From assembly GCA_041615815.1 (NCBI GenBank), contig JBFJCP010000016.1:32001-96000 (forward strand): 64,000 bases of DNA, read 5' to 3'. The notes under the pieces were generated by a model. The model searched no databases. It was given only the letters and a program-made list of their open reading frames with translations, and was not told the DNA's origin. The stretch is from Gemmatimonadales bacterium (GTDB lineage Bacteria; Gemmatimonadota; Gemmatimonadetes; Gemmatimonadales; GWC2-71-9). Positions 41,863 to 52,804 of this stretch are shown here, one piece after another. Positions within the stretch are counted from its first letter, which is position 1, and every line of letters starts with the position of its first letter. The translations under genes and the position numbers were made by a program.

Positions 41863-44800
41863 TCACGATCCCTGCTCGATCGAGGTGTGCCACGCGTAAT
41901 CAGCCAACGCCATGACGGAGAGCTGCGGGTTCACCCGCACCGTGGTCGGAAAGATGCTCGCGTCGCACACGAACAGGTTGTCGTATCCGTGGACCCGAAA
42001 CGTGCTGTCCACCACACCGATGCGGGGATCGTCACTCATCGGGTTGCCGCCCTGAGGATGTGACGAAGTGAGCTTGAGGTCGTCGGGTCGCCGGATGTGG
42101 CGCTCCAGGAAACGCCCGATCTTTCCCGGGTTGATGCGCCCCCGCTGCGCGTAGTCGCGAGCCGAAAGCTCCATGTCGCCGACTCCGGGCACGTACACGG
42201 CCTCGGCGCCGGCAGCGAAATACGTCTGGGCCAGCATACCCAGTCCCCGTCGCATGGTGGCAAGGTCCTCCTGCGTCATCCGATAGGCAACCGGCCCGAA
42301 CCAGTCCCGCAGCGGGGACCATCGTTTGACTCGCCCGTTGGGAGCCGTGCCGATCAGGACACCCGCCGCGGCAAACCGGGGGTACATGCGCATCCGCTCG
42401 AAGTGGGTGGCGAACCATCCGGGCAGCGCGGCGGCGAATGCCATTGGCGGGAGGAAGTCGCTCTCCAGGAGGTATTCTCCCGAATCCACGAACGCCCCCA
42501 TTTGGACACCGTCGAACCCATGCACGGTCTTTGGAAACCGGGCGGGCATGGCCACGCCCGCATTGAAGGAAAAGCGGCGTCCCACCGGACCAACGACGCC
42601 GCTCTTCATCAAGAGCACACTGGACCCGATGGCGCCACCGGCCAGGACTATCTGCTTGGCCCGAACCGATAGATGTCTCCCATCCACGTGGACCGCGCGT
42701 ACGGCGCGAGCGTTGGCCCGCGACAGGTCGAGGCGCACGGCGTGACACCCCGGGACGACCCGCGCCCCACACCTGATGGCATCGGTGATGAAGGTCTCGA
42801 GCATCGAGTACTTGCGTTCATAGGGGCACCCGAAGTTGCAGTATCCGCACCCGGCACACTGATGGTAGTTCTTCCGAAACAGATTGGCCGTAAACGTCCG
42901 ATCGCCCATCCCGGCATCGAGGAGGCGTTGCCACCCGTCCAACAGCACACGGCCGTTCTCACCGGCCAACTCCGGGGTGATTCGTTGAACACAGAGCCGC
43001 CGTTCCACCCGCTCGAATGCGTCGCGGAGCCGCGCGCGATCCACCAATGCGCCGAGGTCACGCCAGTCGTCGAGCGTGTCCGGGCCCCCGGGACGCCGCA
43101 GATCCGGATCATCGACCATGCGAAAACAGACCGCGTTGCTGATGACCGTCGACCCACCCAGGCACCGTCCCTGGAGGATGGTTCTGTCGAAATCGACGGT
43201 CGTCTGCAATCCGTCTTCCTTGTACAGCCCCGCAACCATGCGTCCTTCGTCATGACTGATCTCGCTGGCATGCACGTACCGCCCCTCTTCGAGCAGCACC
43301 ACGTCTCGGCCCGCGGCAGCAGCATGAGCGGCCACGACGGCACCACCGGCCCCGGAACCGATGACGCAGAGGTCGCACACGATCGCTTCGCTGACGGGAT
43401 CCTCGAGTCGGAGCCGCGAAAGCCCCAAGCGGTCGGGTCGACCGGTGCGGTGGCGCGTGCGCGTGCCCATCGGCTCGAACCCGACGCTCGCATGCACACG
43501 TTGGTCACCGTAGTACCCTGCCAGCACGAGCGCGCGGATCTTTGCGAGATCGCGACCCGGCCCCCACGGTCTACGCCGCGCCAGTCGCCGCTGCAGCAGC
43601 CGCCGTCTCGCCGTGATGTCCATCCGGGAGAACGGCCGAGGGATGGGTAGTGGCAGGAGGTACTCGATGACAAACAACGCGAGCCTCAGGCGACGTGCAC
43701 GTTTGGAACGGATGCGCGCGAGTTGCTGCTCGACATTGGAGGCAATCTCCTGCGCGGTGAGCACTTCCTGTTCGCCTTCAATGAAGACTTCGGCAAACTT
43801 TTCGACGGTCCGCCGCTCGCGCCGAGAGAGAAAGGTACGCGGCTTACGCAGGCTTCGAGGCTGCAGAATCACACTTGGAACGGGTTCGTTTCGCTCATCG
43901 TCCCACTCGAGGAAACTGAGGTCGTACTCCTCATCAATCCGCTCGAAGTGCAGGAAGGTGTATCGCACCTGACCGGTGAGGTCGGGACGGTCTTCCTGCC
44001 AGAGTGGGGTCCACGTCCCGGCGTTGACGTAGAGCACCTGGCTTTGACCGACGGATGGGAGCAGCTGCACGTCGGGGCGATGGGTGTGGCCCAGCACGCC
44101 GTAAACACGCCTTGCGGATACGGGAAACTCGAGCCGCTCCACGGCGGTGTAGACGCGCTCGGCAAACAGGTCCTCGCCCATCAACGGTTTGCGGCCCGGA
44201 ATCGCATCGCGGAGGACATTCGTGGCATACACCACCGCCGGTCCAAGTAGCGCCAGGGCCAGAATGGTCTCGATCGGCATGCTGTGCCAGCCAGGGCCGA
44301 GGAGTGCGACCAGCAGCAGGAGGAGAATGAGACCGGCCGCGAGGAACGGGACGGCCAACGATCCGAAAAACAGGACGAATGCCCAACGCTCGCGACGCCA
44401 CTCGGACTTGGTGACCTTGCGGAGCAACGGGATACCCCGCCGGAGGAGCTGCGGGGCCTTCAGCGGATGGCGGCGAACGACGGCCCACAACAGCCGCTGC
44501 ACGGGTTTGATGTTGTCGAGGAACGGCTCCAGACCGGCCAACGTGTTGATGATGTACCGGTGTACGAACGTCGCGAGCGGCAACCGCAGTTCGGTGCCTC
44601 CTTCGAGCGTCGGCGCACCTTTGACCTGCGAGACGGCATCGAAGCGATGGCCGTGCTCGATGTGCACGTTGTCGACATCCAACCCATGGTCAGCGAAGCG
44701 GACATTGTGCTGCACGTCGGCCTCGCGATGGGAACGGGCGATGGCCCGTCGAATGCCTTCTTGCACGAGAGGCCAGTGAAGCTCGAGATCGTGATTCCCA

Positions 44801-45303
44801 TGCACGAACGTCACGCGCCCACCACGGTGCACCCACCAACCCAGCGCGTCGAAAAAGGCCCGATGCCCCTGGGCGACGAGCATCAACTTCCAGAGGGACT
44901 TGTAGTCGTGGGTCCGGAGACCAAACTGGCGCTCCCACGGTGACACCGCGGCTTCGAGCTCGGCGGCGCTGCGCTCGACCCCCAGGGCGCTGAGCTTGTG
45001 GCTCCAGTCCTCGAACTCCGCCCGCTCGGCGGGACAGCGCGTGACACGAACGAAGTCGAAGGTATCCCCGTTCAGGACGAGGTGGGCCGGACCCGTCCGC
45101 CGTGGATCGTGGTACTCGAGGAAGCGCTGAAACGCGCCATCCGCGAAGAACTTCTCCGCCTGCTGGTAGCGCCCGGTGCGCGGGTCTCGTCCGGCACCCA
45201 AATGGAGGTCGCTGACGACGAGGAGCGTGCGAGCGGGAGGACTTACTCGCTCGTGCTCGGGTTGGTCGGCGCGCGCGCGGCTGCGTCTGAGTCCCTTGGT
45301 CAT
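41863..45303 (-). CDS. Metallophosphoesterase fused to a GMC oxidoreductase (fatty-alcohol-oxidase-like)
   Basis: SDLHLG, NGDTFD, GNHD, HGH, GHTH; then GSGAGG, CLGGSTVISN, CAGCGYCNFGC, SSHPQG, NPQLSVMALA. Confidence 0.85.
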   Translation of the reverse strand: MTKGLRRSRARADQPEHERVSPPARTLLVVSDLHLGAGRDPRTGRYQQAEKFFADGAFQRFLEYHDPRRTGPAHLVLNGDTFDFVRVTRCPAERAEFEDWSHKLSALGVERSAAELEAAVSPWERQFGLRTHDYKSLWKLMLVAQGHRAFFDALGWWVHRGGRVTFVHGNHDLELHWPLVQEGIRRAIARSHREADVQHNVRFADHGLDVDNVHIEHGHRFDAVSQVKGAPTLEGGTELRLPLATFVHRYIINTLAGLEPFLDNIKPVQRLLWAVVRRHPLKAPQLLRRGIPLLRKVTKSEWRRERWAFVLFFGSLAVPFLAAGLILLLLLVALLGPGWHSMPIETILALALLGPAVVYATNVLRDAIPGRKPLMGEDLFAERVYTAVERLEFPVSARRVYGVLGHTHRPDVQLLPSVGQSQVLYVNAGTWTPLWQEDRPDLTGQVRYTFLHFERIDEEYDLSFLEWDDERNEPVPSVILQPRSLRKPRTFLSRRERRTVEKFAEVFIEGEQEVLTAQEIASNVEQQLARIRSKRARRLRLALFVIEYLLPLPIPRPFSRMDITARRRLLQRRLARRRPWGPGRDLAKIRALVLAGYYGDQRVHASVGFEPMGTRTRHRTGRPDRLGLSRLRLEDPVSEAIVCDLCVIGSGAGGAVVAAHAAAAGRDVVLLEEGRYVHASEISHDEGRMVAGLYKEDGLQTTVDFDRTILQGRCLGGSTVISNAVCFRMVDDPDLRRPGGPDTLDDWRDLGALVDRARLRDAFERVERRLCVQRITPELAGENGRVLLDGWQRLLDAGMGDRTFTANLFRKNYHQCAGCGYCNFGCPYERKYSMLETFITDAIRCGARVVPGCHAVRLDLSRANARAVRAVHVDGRHLSVRAKQIVLAGGAIGSSVLLMKSGVVGPVGRRFSFNAGVAMPARFPKTVHGFDGVQMGAFVDSGEYLLESDFLPPMAFAAALPGWFATHFERMRMYPRFAAAGVLIGTAPNGRVKRWSPLRDWFGPVAYRMTQEDLATMRRGLGMLAQTYFAAGAEAVYVPGVGDMELSARDYAQRGRINPGKIGRFLERHIRRPDDLKLTSSHPQGGNPMSDDPRIGVVDSTFRVHGYDNLFVCDASIFPTTVRVNPQLSVMALADYAWHTSIEQGS

Positions 45304-45480
45304 ACCGAGGATCCGAGGGCGTCTCTTCCGGCGTTTCGGGGCTCAAGGGAACGGCCTGGGGGTGGGCGCGCTTCCCAGACCGGGCTCATGTGTGTCTAGG
45401 ATCCCGAGGGGTACGTGCGGGTATCCGAGCCTGTAAAATGCAGAGTCGGCGGCGGTCGGGCCAGCCGGCTGCCAGATTCG

Positions 45481-45509
45481 TTGACATCGTTCGGCCGGAC
45501 CTATAGCCT
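45481..45509 (+). promoter_or_regulatory. Sigma70-type promoter for the fadL operon
   Basis: TTGACA-N17-TAGCCT. Confidence 0.6.
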
Positions 45510-45539
45510 CATACTGCTTACAAACGAAGGGGATAGGAC

Positions 45540-46928
45540 ATGCGACGATACCTCGTCGCCGTGGCGGGGGCTCTGGCATACGGCATCGCGGCTAGTTCGC
45601 TCACGGCCCAGGGATTCGGGCTCTACGAACACGGCTCCTGCGTCATGGCCCGCGCCGGGGCCGGGGTCGCGGCTCCGTGTGACGACGCATCCGGCATTTT
45701 CATCAACCCCGCCGGACTGACTGACCGCCGGGGATGGACGTTCACTGCAGGCGCCACGATCATTTCCGCCTTTGGAGACTTCACCAACGACACCACCGGC
45801 GTGCAGTCGGAGTTGGGCAACGATCCAATCACCGTTCCGCACGTCTATATAGCGTACGGATTCGACGACCGCTGGGCCGCGGGTGTGGGACTCTTCGTGC
45901 CATATGGGCTCGGCACCCGCTGGCCACTCAGCTTCGAAGGTCGCTTTGCCGGCTACGATAACGACCTCCGGACCGTCTACGTCCAGCCCACGCTGTCCGT
46001 GAAGCCCCACCCCATGGTGGCCCTCGGGTTTGGTCTCGATGTCGCGATCGGAGAAGTCGAGCTCAACCAACGTCTCGACTTCTTCGACCAAGCGGTCCCC
46101 GGTGCGCCGCCAGGGGTCATCGCCGGCCAGCTCGGTATTCCGCGCAACACGGAGTTCATGGATGCCCGGCTGACCGCGTCGGGGGCCACCGGGATCGGCG
46201 CCCATGTTGGCGTCTTATTCGAACCCACAGAGCAGATCAGCCTTGGCGCACGCTATATCACGCGCATCACCCTCGACTACGACGGAGAGGCGCAGTTCAG
46301 GCAGATTGAGACGGGTCTCATCTTGCCCGCGGACAACCCACTGGCTCCCGGCATGGGTCCGGTCCCGCTCGACGCCATCGTGCTGGGGCTCATGGCCCCC
46401 GGGGGCCCGTTCGCGAACCAGCCCGCCAGCACGAGCATCACCATGCCGGATCAATTCGTCGCGGGCATCGCGATCAAGCCCACTCCGGAACTCACGCTCC
46501 TTGCCGACTGGCAGTGGGTGCACTGGACCGTGCTCGACACGATCGCCCTGAGCTTCGACAATGTGGCCACCCCTACCAGCTTGCCGCAGAACTACCACAA
46601 CACCAACGGCATTCGGCTGGGCGTGGATTGGAGAGCCACCGACCGGTGGTCCTTCCGTGGTGGAGTGCTCACCCACACCGAGGCATCCCCAGCCGAGACC
46701 GTGACACCGCTCCTCCCCGAGAGCGACCGCAACGAATTCACGCTCGGGGTCGGTGTTCGGTTTACCCGACAGTTCGCGGGCAACTTCACCTACCAGTTCG
46801 TGGCACAGAACGATCGGCGGGGCCGTATGCGTAATCCGCTTCCAGGGGAGGACCCGATCGATCTCAATGCCGGGGTGTACGAATTTGCCGGACATCTCTT
46901 CGGTATCTCTCTCACGTGGAAACCCTGA
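45540..46928 (+). CDS. FadL/OmpP1 long-chain fatty-acid outer-membrane transporter
   Basis: GFGLYEHG...DDASGIFINPAGL, VPYGLGTRW, TPLLPESDR. Confidence 0.85.
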   Translation: MRRYLVAVAGALAYGIAASSLTAQGFGLYEHGSCVMARAGAGVAAPCDDASGIFINPAGLTDRRGWTFTAGATIISAFGDFTNDTTGVQSELGNDPITVPHVYIAYGFDDRWAAGVGLFVPYGLGTRWPLSFEGRFAGYDNDLRTVYVQPTLSVKPHPMVALGFGLDVAIGEVELNQRLDFFDQAVPGAPPGVIAGQLGIPRNTEFMDARLTASGATGIGAHVGVLFEPTEQISLGARYITRITLDYDGEAQFRQIETGLILPADNPLAPGMGPVPLDAIVLGLMAPGGPFANQPASTSITMPDQFVAGIAIKPTPELTLLADWQWVHWTVLDTIALSFDNVATPTSLPQNYHNTNGIRLGVDWRATDRWSFRGGVLTHTEASPAETVTPLLPESDRNEFTLGVGVRFTRQFAGNFTYQFVAQNDRRGRMRNPLPGEDPIDLNAGVYEFAGHLFGISLTWKP

Positions 46929-46963
46929 CGATGAGGGGACAACGCATTCGTGAGGACGAACAC

Positions 46964-48220
46964 ATGCGCACACGCGTTGGTCGCCGCGGAGCGAGCCTTG
47001 CGCTCCTGACGGCGATCGCCCTGCTCACGGCCTGTGAAAGCGCGCCCCTGATCCCGCCCCTCGGCCGGCCCATCCCTTCTGGTGGCGCCCTGTTCCAGCG
47101 CTACTTGGCGATGGGCAACAGCATCACGGCGGGGTTCCAATCATTGGGGATCAACGACAGCACGCAACTCGAGTCGTACGCGGTCTTGCTCGCCCAACAG
47201 TTTGGGCTCACCGTGGGGCTCGATTTCAACGTACCGCTGATGAATCAGCCGGGGTGTCCACCGCCCCTCGTGAACATCTTCACCCAGACACGACTGGCCG
47301 GCGGTGGCACGGCAGATTGCGCGCTTCGGAAGAGACCCATCTCGCCCGTGATTCACAACGTGTCGGTCCCCGGGGCGGCCGTCATCGACGTGCTGAGTCA
47401 TTTCGACCCGGCGAGCAGCCCCAATCCCCTCACGACCTTGCTCCTGGGCGGGCAATCCCAGCTCGAAGCCGCCGCGGCGGCCCAGCCCACCTTCGTCACC
47501 CTCTGGGTGGGATTCAACGACGTCCTCGGTGCGCTGACCACGGCTTTGACGGCTCCGGAGCTGGCGGGGGATCCTTCGTTTATCACTGATCCGGCGGATT
47601 TTGCCACGCGGTTTTCCAGCGTCATGGCGGGCTTGGACGCCATGCCGAGCATTCAGGGTGGCGCGCTCATCGGTGCGGTCCAGGTCGTCGCGGCCCCGTT
47701 CGTGTCCACCGGTTTGGCCTATTTTGTAGCCGCGCAGAGCATCCCGACCCTCACGGTACTGGCCAACTGCCTGGATACCGCACCGATACCCGGTGGAGGC
47801 CCGAACGACACCGCGGTCGTCTTCGTGCCGTTCCCCTTCGGTGCGGCCAAACTGGACAGTGCCGTGGCCGGGGTTCCGGTCACCCTGGACTGCTCCGTGC
47901 CCGAGGTGATCACGGTAGCCGAATCCATCAACATGATTCTGGCGGTGGCCCAGTACAACGGGGTGATGGCGTTGGAGGCAGCGGCGCGCGGCTGGGTGTT
48001 CGTCGATCCCAACGACCTGCTGGGTCCCTTCATCGGAGACCCGGCGTTCATTCGCCCGTTCCCGGCCTTCCCACCGGATCCCGCCGCGGAGACCGAACCC
48101 TTTGGCTCGCTCCTGAGCCGGGACGGGTTCCATCCGAGTGGGTTGGCGCATCGATTCGTGGCCGACGCCTTGATCACGGCGATCAATGCCGCGTACGGCA
48201 CCAGCGTTCCGAACCTGTAG
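46964..48220 (+). CDS. SGNH/GDSL lipase-like lipoprotein
   Basis: LLTAC lipobox; GNSITAG, GFNDVL, DGFHPS. Confidence 0.85.
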   Translation: MRTRVGRRGASLALLTAIALLTACESAPLIPPLGRPIPSGGALFQRYLAMGNSITAGFQSLGINDSTQLESYAVLLAQQFGLTVGLDFNVPLMNQPGCPPPLVNIFTQTRLAGGGTADCALRKRPISPVIHNVSVPGAAVIDVLSHFDPASSPNPLTTLLLGGQSQLEAAAAAQPTFVTLWVGFNDVLGALTTALTAPELAGDPSFITDPADFATRFSSVMAGLDAMPSIQGGALIGAVQVVAAPFVSTGLAYFVAAQSIPTLTVLANCLDTAPIPGGGPNDTAVVFVPFPFGAAKLDSAVAGVPVTLDCSVPEVITVAESINMILAVAQYNGVMALEAAARGWVFVDPNDLLGPFIGDPAFIRPFPAFPPDPAAETEPFGSLLSRDGFHPSGLAHRFVADALITAINAAYGTSVPNL

Positions 48221-48227
48221 CACTCGC

Positions 48228-49934
48228 GTGCGCCAGGCGCTATCCCGCGGGAGGCCCGCTCCGGTGAGCCTCCCGCCTTTCGCGCCAACCGTGGGCGGTG
48301 CGGCACGTCGGCGGCTCGGTGCCGGTGGGGGCGCTGCGGGCGATCTGGGCTGCCGCGCGCGGCTGCTCGTCATCACGGTGGGTCTGGCGCTGGCGGCGGG
48401 ACCCTCGATACTCTCGGCCCAGTATCCCCATGCGTTCGTACTTCCCGCCGGCGCGCTGCGATTGAGCTTCGAGCCGGAGCTCACGACGTACGACGAGCGC
48501 TTCGGACCCGACGGCGAGATCGAGCCGCTGGGGCTCGATCTCTCACCGGATTCTGCCGGCCCCAACTTTCTTGTCACGCTCCTGGCACCACAACTCGCGG
48601 TGCAGTCGATCATCGGAGACGCCACCTACCAGATGACCGCCGGCGCCGTCCGGACCAGGCTGGACGCCGATGTCCGACGATTCCCTTTCAGTCTGGCGCT
48701 GGGCCTCACCAACCGCCTCACGTTCACCGCCACCATTCCCATCGTGACGACGCGAATGCAGGTGGATCTCACGGTCGACGGAACCGATGCCAACCTGGGA
48801 TGGAACCAGACCGTTCCCGAGGCTGCGAATGCGGGGGGATTCGCTCAGGTCGAACTCCTGCTGAGCGAGTTGGAGGCCGCGGCGGCATCCGTGGACGCGC
48901 AAATCGCCGCCGGCGCGTTCGGATGCCCCACCAGCGCCCAGTGCGATCAGGCCAGGGACCTGGTGAGCCGAACCCGTGCTCTTCGTACCGACGTCATTGC
49001 GCTGACGGGGGTGCTCGCCACCGACGGATCCACGCCTCCCTTTGCCCCCTTGGCCACGTCGGCGGCGGGACAGGCGATTCTTGGCGTGATCACGGCGATC
49101 GCGGCCGAGCTCGCTTCCTTTGGCGCTCCCGCCATCACGGCGTCGCTCCCCCTCCCCGACATGCCCGTCACCGCCGACGACATCAACACGGTGCTCACGT
49201 CCGGCACATTCGGCTATAACGCGTTCCCGCTGGCGTTTGCTAAGCTGCGCAACAACCTGGGCGACGCCGAGGTCGGCCTGCGCTTGGGGGTCCTCCAGGC
49301 ACCGAATGCTCGGGCGACCTTGAGCACGACCGTGAGACTCCCCACGGGAACACTCGACTCGCCAGCGCACTTCGTGGATCTGGGCTCCGGCGACAAGCAA
49401 CTCGACGTGATTGGTGGCCTCGAGATCGCCCTGGAACCCGGGAGTGCCGTGGGCCTGGCTCTCACCGGTTCGTACACCCTGCAGCTCCCGCACCAGCTCA
49501 CGCGCCGCGTCACCATTCCGGAGCGCCCCATTGCCGTCGAGGCAGCCGAAACGGTGGTAGACCGGGATTTGGGGGACATCCTGGAGCTCGGGGTCTATCC
49601 CACTATCCGGCTGAGCCGCGCGTTCCGGGTATACCTCTCCGGTCATTACTACAAGAAGTTCGCCGACAAGGTGAGCGCTGCAGGAACGCTTCCGCCGTTT
49701 CCCGGGTCGGAGCCGGTCACCGCACTCGAACAGGAAACGGCGATGGAACTGCTATCGATCGGTGGCGGAATCTATTTTCGAGCGGACGAGGATCGGCGAG
49801 GCCCACGGCTCCCTATCGAGGCTGGGATCGACTACCGCACCGCATTCGACGGGAAGGGCGGCCTCACGCCGAGACCCACACGACTCAATTTCTATCTGCG
49901 GTTGTATTTTGGGTTGTGGTGGAGGGGTCAGTAA
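48228..49934 (+). CDS. Putative outer-membrane protein
   Basis: Signal peptide; LGDAEVG, VRLPTG, DLGSGDKQLD; beta-strand C-terminus; start uncertain. Confidence 0.6.
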   Translation: MRQALSRGRPAPVSLPPFAPTVGGAARRRLGAGGGAAGDLGCRARLLVITVGLALAAGPSILSAQYPHAFVLPAGALRLSFEPELTTYDERFGPDGEIEPLGLDLSPDSAGPNFLVTLLAPQLAVQSIIGDATYQMTAGAVRTRLDADVRRFPFSLALGLTNRLTFTATIPIVTTRMQVDLTVDGTDANLGWNQTVPEAANAGGFAQVELLLSELEAAAASVDAQIAAGAFGCPTSAQCDQARDLVSRTRALRTDVIALTGVLATDGSTPPFAPLATSAAGQAILGVITAIAAELASFGAPAITASLPLPDMPVTADDINTVLTSGTFGYNAFPLAFAKLRNNLGDAEVGLRLGVLQAPNARATLSTTVRLPTGTLDSPAHFVDLGSGDKQLDVIGGLEIALEPGSAVGLALTGSYTLQLPHQLTRRVTIPERPIAVEAAETVVDRDLGDILELGVYPTIRLSRAFRVYLSGHYYKKFADKVSAAGTLPPFPGSEPVTALEQETAMELLSIGGGIYFRADEDRRGPRLPIEAGIDYRTAFDGKGGLTPRPTRLNFYLRLYFGLWWRGQ

Positions 49935-50043
49935 AAAAAGAGGCCGGATGGGCATGGACCAACGGCAGCCGATCACAGCCAACGACCCGACGGCACACCG
50001 CCGCACCAATCGGTCGCCGTAGCAGACCGCCGGTCGCGTTTTC

Positions 50044-51765
50044 CTACCGCCCCTCTGCCGCTCCCTGTAACCGATCCCCTTTGCGCGGCGACGTCTCCCC
50101 CGCCCCTCCACGTCCCAACAGATCTGCCGCGTGTTGCCGCACGACCGGATCGTCTGCATCGCCGAGCAATCGAGCAATCTCCTGCTCGCGTTCCGGAGGG
50201 TGCAGCACCCGGACGGCCGCTGTGGCGATCCCCCGGCGCGCGTGTTTCTCTACCGTCAGGTGATGACCCGCGCGGGCGGCGATTTGCGCAAGATGGGTAA
50301 TGACCAGGACCTGACGGGATCCAGCGACCTCTCGTAACGCCTCGGCCACCCGTGCCCCGACCTCCGCTCCGATACCCTGGTCCACCTCGTCGAACACGAG
50401 AGTTCGGATGGCGTCGTGGCTTGCAAGCACCACCTTGAGCGCCAGCATCAGCCGCGAGAGCTCACCCCCGCTCGCCACCTGTGCCAACGGTCTGGCGTCG
50501 AGACCGGGGTTGAGCTGCGCGAGAAACGTGACGGCATCCGCACCAACGGCCGTGACTCGCGGCGCCGGTATCACTTGGATGAGGATCTTGCCGCCCGGGA
50601 TACCCAGTCCCGGAAGCAACTGTCCCACCGCTTTGGCCAAGCGTCCCGCGGCCCGGCGTCGTTTGGCGGTGAGCGCTCGTGCTGCCGTCTCCAGCTCGGC
50701 TTCGGCCGCCACCCGGCGCTCGCTGATCTGGGCGAGGTCCAGATCCGCCGTGTCCAGCAGGTCCAACTCCTCCCGGGCTTCAGCAGCCGTGCGCAGGACG
50801 TCTTCGATGGTCGCGCCGTATTTCTGCGTCAGCCGATACAGGGTGTCACGCCGGCGTTCGACCTGCGCGAGCCGATCGGGATCGTACTCGATCTCGGATG
50901 CGTATTGGCGTACCGTGCGGGCGAGCTCCTCGACATTGGCTTCCGCCGTCTCGAGCAACTCACGCCACCGCGCGACGCTGCCGTCGATGCGCTCGATCGT
51001 ACGGAAGGTCCGTTGCGCCAGCCCGAGCCGCGGGAGCACCCCCGCCTCGTCGTCGCCGTCGAGGGCTTCGGTCAGCTGCTCCGCAAGCTGCGTGAGCTCT
51101 TCCGCGTTGGCGAGTCGCTTCCCCTCGACCGCCAAACCATCATCCTCGCCCACCGCCGGCGCCGCGCTCTCGATCTCTCGCACCACGTGCCGGAGATAGT
51201 CGGCCCGCCGACGCACATCGTCCCGCCGACGCACGAGGGTCGCTTCCTCTTCCCGTAGCGCCGCCGTGCGCTCGTAGGCTTCGGCCACCTCCGTCCGCTC
51301 CTGGATGCAATCTCCAAAGGCATCCAAGATGTCGCGCTGGGTGTTCGCCTTGAGCAGTGACTGCGCCTCGTGCTGCCCATGGAGGTCTACCAGCAGACGG
51401 CCCAACGATGCGAGGACCGCCACGGTGGTGGGACTACCGTTGGCCCAGGCCCGGTTTCGTCCCTGGCTGTTGATCTCCCGCCGGACGATGAGACGCTCCT
51501 CTTCCAGATCGACACCCAATTCGTCCGCGAGCCGCGCGAAGTCCGGGCTTCCTGCCACATCGAACGCGGCCTCGACAACGGCGCGGCGCGCCCCGGGGCG
51601 GACCAGATCGGCGCTGGCGCGCTCTCCCAAGAGGAGCGCCAGCGCGTCCACGAGCATCGACTTCCCGGCCCCCGTCTCGCCGGTGAGGACATTGAGTCCT
51701 CCCTGCAGCGGGAGCGTGACGTCGGCGATCACCGCGAGGTCGCGGACGCGGAGTTCGGTCAGCAC
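50044..51765 (-). CDS. recN: DNA repair protein RecN
   Basis: LTGETGAGKS, HGQHE, ASGGELSR, FDEVD. Confidence 0.95.
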   Translation of the reverse strand: MLTELRVRDLAVIADVTLPLQGGLNVLTGETGAGKSMLVDALALLLGERASADLVRPGARRAVVEAAFDVAGSPDFARLADELGVDLEEERLIVRREINSQGRNRAWANGSPTTVAVLASLGRLLVDLHGQHEAQSLLKANTQRDILDAFGDCIQERTEVAEAYERTAALREEEATLVRRRDDVRRRADYLRHVVREIESAAPAVGEDDGLAVEGKRLANAEELTQLAEQLTEALDGDDEAGVLPRLGLAQRTFRTIERIDGSVARWRELLETAEANVEELARTVRQYASEIEYDPDRLAQVERRRDTLYRLTQKYGATIEDVLRTAAEAREELDLLDTADLDLAQISERRVAAEAELETAARALTAKRRRAAGRLAKAVGQLLPGLGIPGGKILIQVIPAPRVTAVGADAVTFLAQLNPGLDARPLAQVASGGELSRLMLALKVVLASHDAIRTLVFDEVDQGIGAEVGARVAEALREVAGSRQVLVITHLAQIAARAGHHLTVEKHARRGIATAAVRVLHPPEREQEIARLLGDADDPVVRQHAADLLGRGGAGETSPRKGDRLQGAAEGR

Positions 51766-51937
51766 GGTACGGGAAACTTCCGGGGAACCACGGTGCCGTT
51801 TGGGCGCGCGAAGCGGCCGGGCCGGCAGCACAGCCCATGGCAGTCCCCCGCGCCACCTCTGTCGGCACTACCGCCAAGTCGCACTTTGCCGGGAGTGGTC
51901 CTGCTCGGGTCATTCGCCACTCTCGCCACGCAGCCTC

Positions 51938-52804
51938 CTATCGCTCCCGATCGCTCAGGTCGCCCCAGTGTAGCTTGGCGCGCATGCGCGCAAAGAATCC
52001 TTCCTTCCCCACCCGGATCAATCGCACGTCTCCGCTGCCCCGGCGCACCACGACACGTTCCGTTGGCACCAGTTTGGCGCCCACTTGGCCATCGTACGAC
52101 ACGAGGACTTCGTCGCGCCATGGTGGGACCACGTCGAGGGTGATCTCGGCACTACCGGGGACCACGATGGGTCGCACCGCGAGGGTGTGGGGGCAAATGG
52201 CAGTGATTACCAGTGCGTCCACGCCGGGGACGACGACGGGTCCGCCGGCACTCAGGGAATAGGCCGTCGATCCGGTGGGTGTCGCGACGATGATCCCATC
52301 AGCGCTGTATTGGCTGACCTCTTCGTCGTCTACGAACACTTTGACGGGAATGACGCGGGCCACGCCCGCCTTGTGGACCACGACGTCGTTGAGCGCGGAG
52401 CGACCAGGGCGCTCGGATCCGTCGGCACCGAGGATCCGTGTTTGGAGCGTGCGGCGAGACTCGAGGACGTAATCGCCGGCTGCCACGGACTGGAGCGCGG
52501 CTTCCATCGTCTCTGGGGTTGCGCTGGTGAGAAACCCCACCCGGCCCAAGTTGATACCCAGAATAGGAACGGGCCGGGACTCGAGCATGCGAGCGGCCCG
52601 GAGCAAGGTACCGTCGCCACCCAGCGTGATGAGGTAATCCAGCGCCACCCCGTCTAACGGTGGCGGGGTGGGACGCGGCCACAACGCGGCCAGATCGGGT
52701 TCGGCGTACAAGCTGAAGTCGTGCTGGGGTGCCTCGCCAGCGAGCCTGGACAGGAGCCCGCGCAGTGCCTCGTACCGCGGGTTCCCGACGACGCCGAGCT
52801 TCAT
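51938..52804 (-). CDS. nadK: NAD kinase
   Basis: GGDGTLL, LND, ATPTGSTAYSLSAGGP. Confidence 0.95.
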   Translation of the reverse strand: MKLGVVGNPRYEALRGLLSRLAGEAPQHDFSLYAEPDLAALWPRPTPPPLDGVALDYLITLGGDGTLLRAARMLESRPVPILGINLGRVGFLTSATPETMEAALQSVAAGDYVLESRRTLQTRILGADGSERPGRSALNDVVVHKAGVARVIPVKVFVDDEEVSQYSADGIIVATPTGSTAYSLSAGGPVVVPGVDALVITAICPHTLAVRPIVVPGSAEITLDVVPPWRDEVLVSYDGQVGAKLVPTERVVVRRGSGDVRLIRVGKEGFFARMRAKLHWGDLSDRER

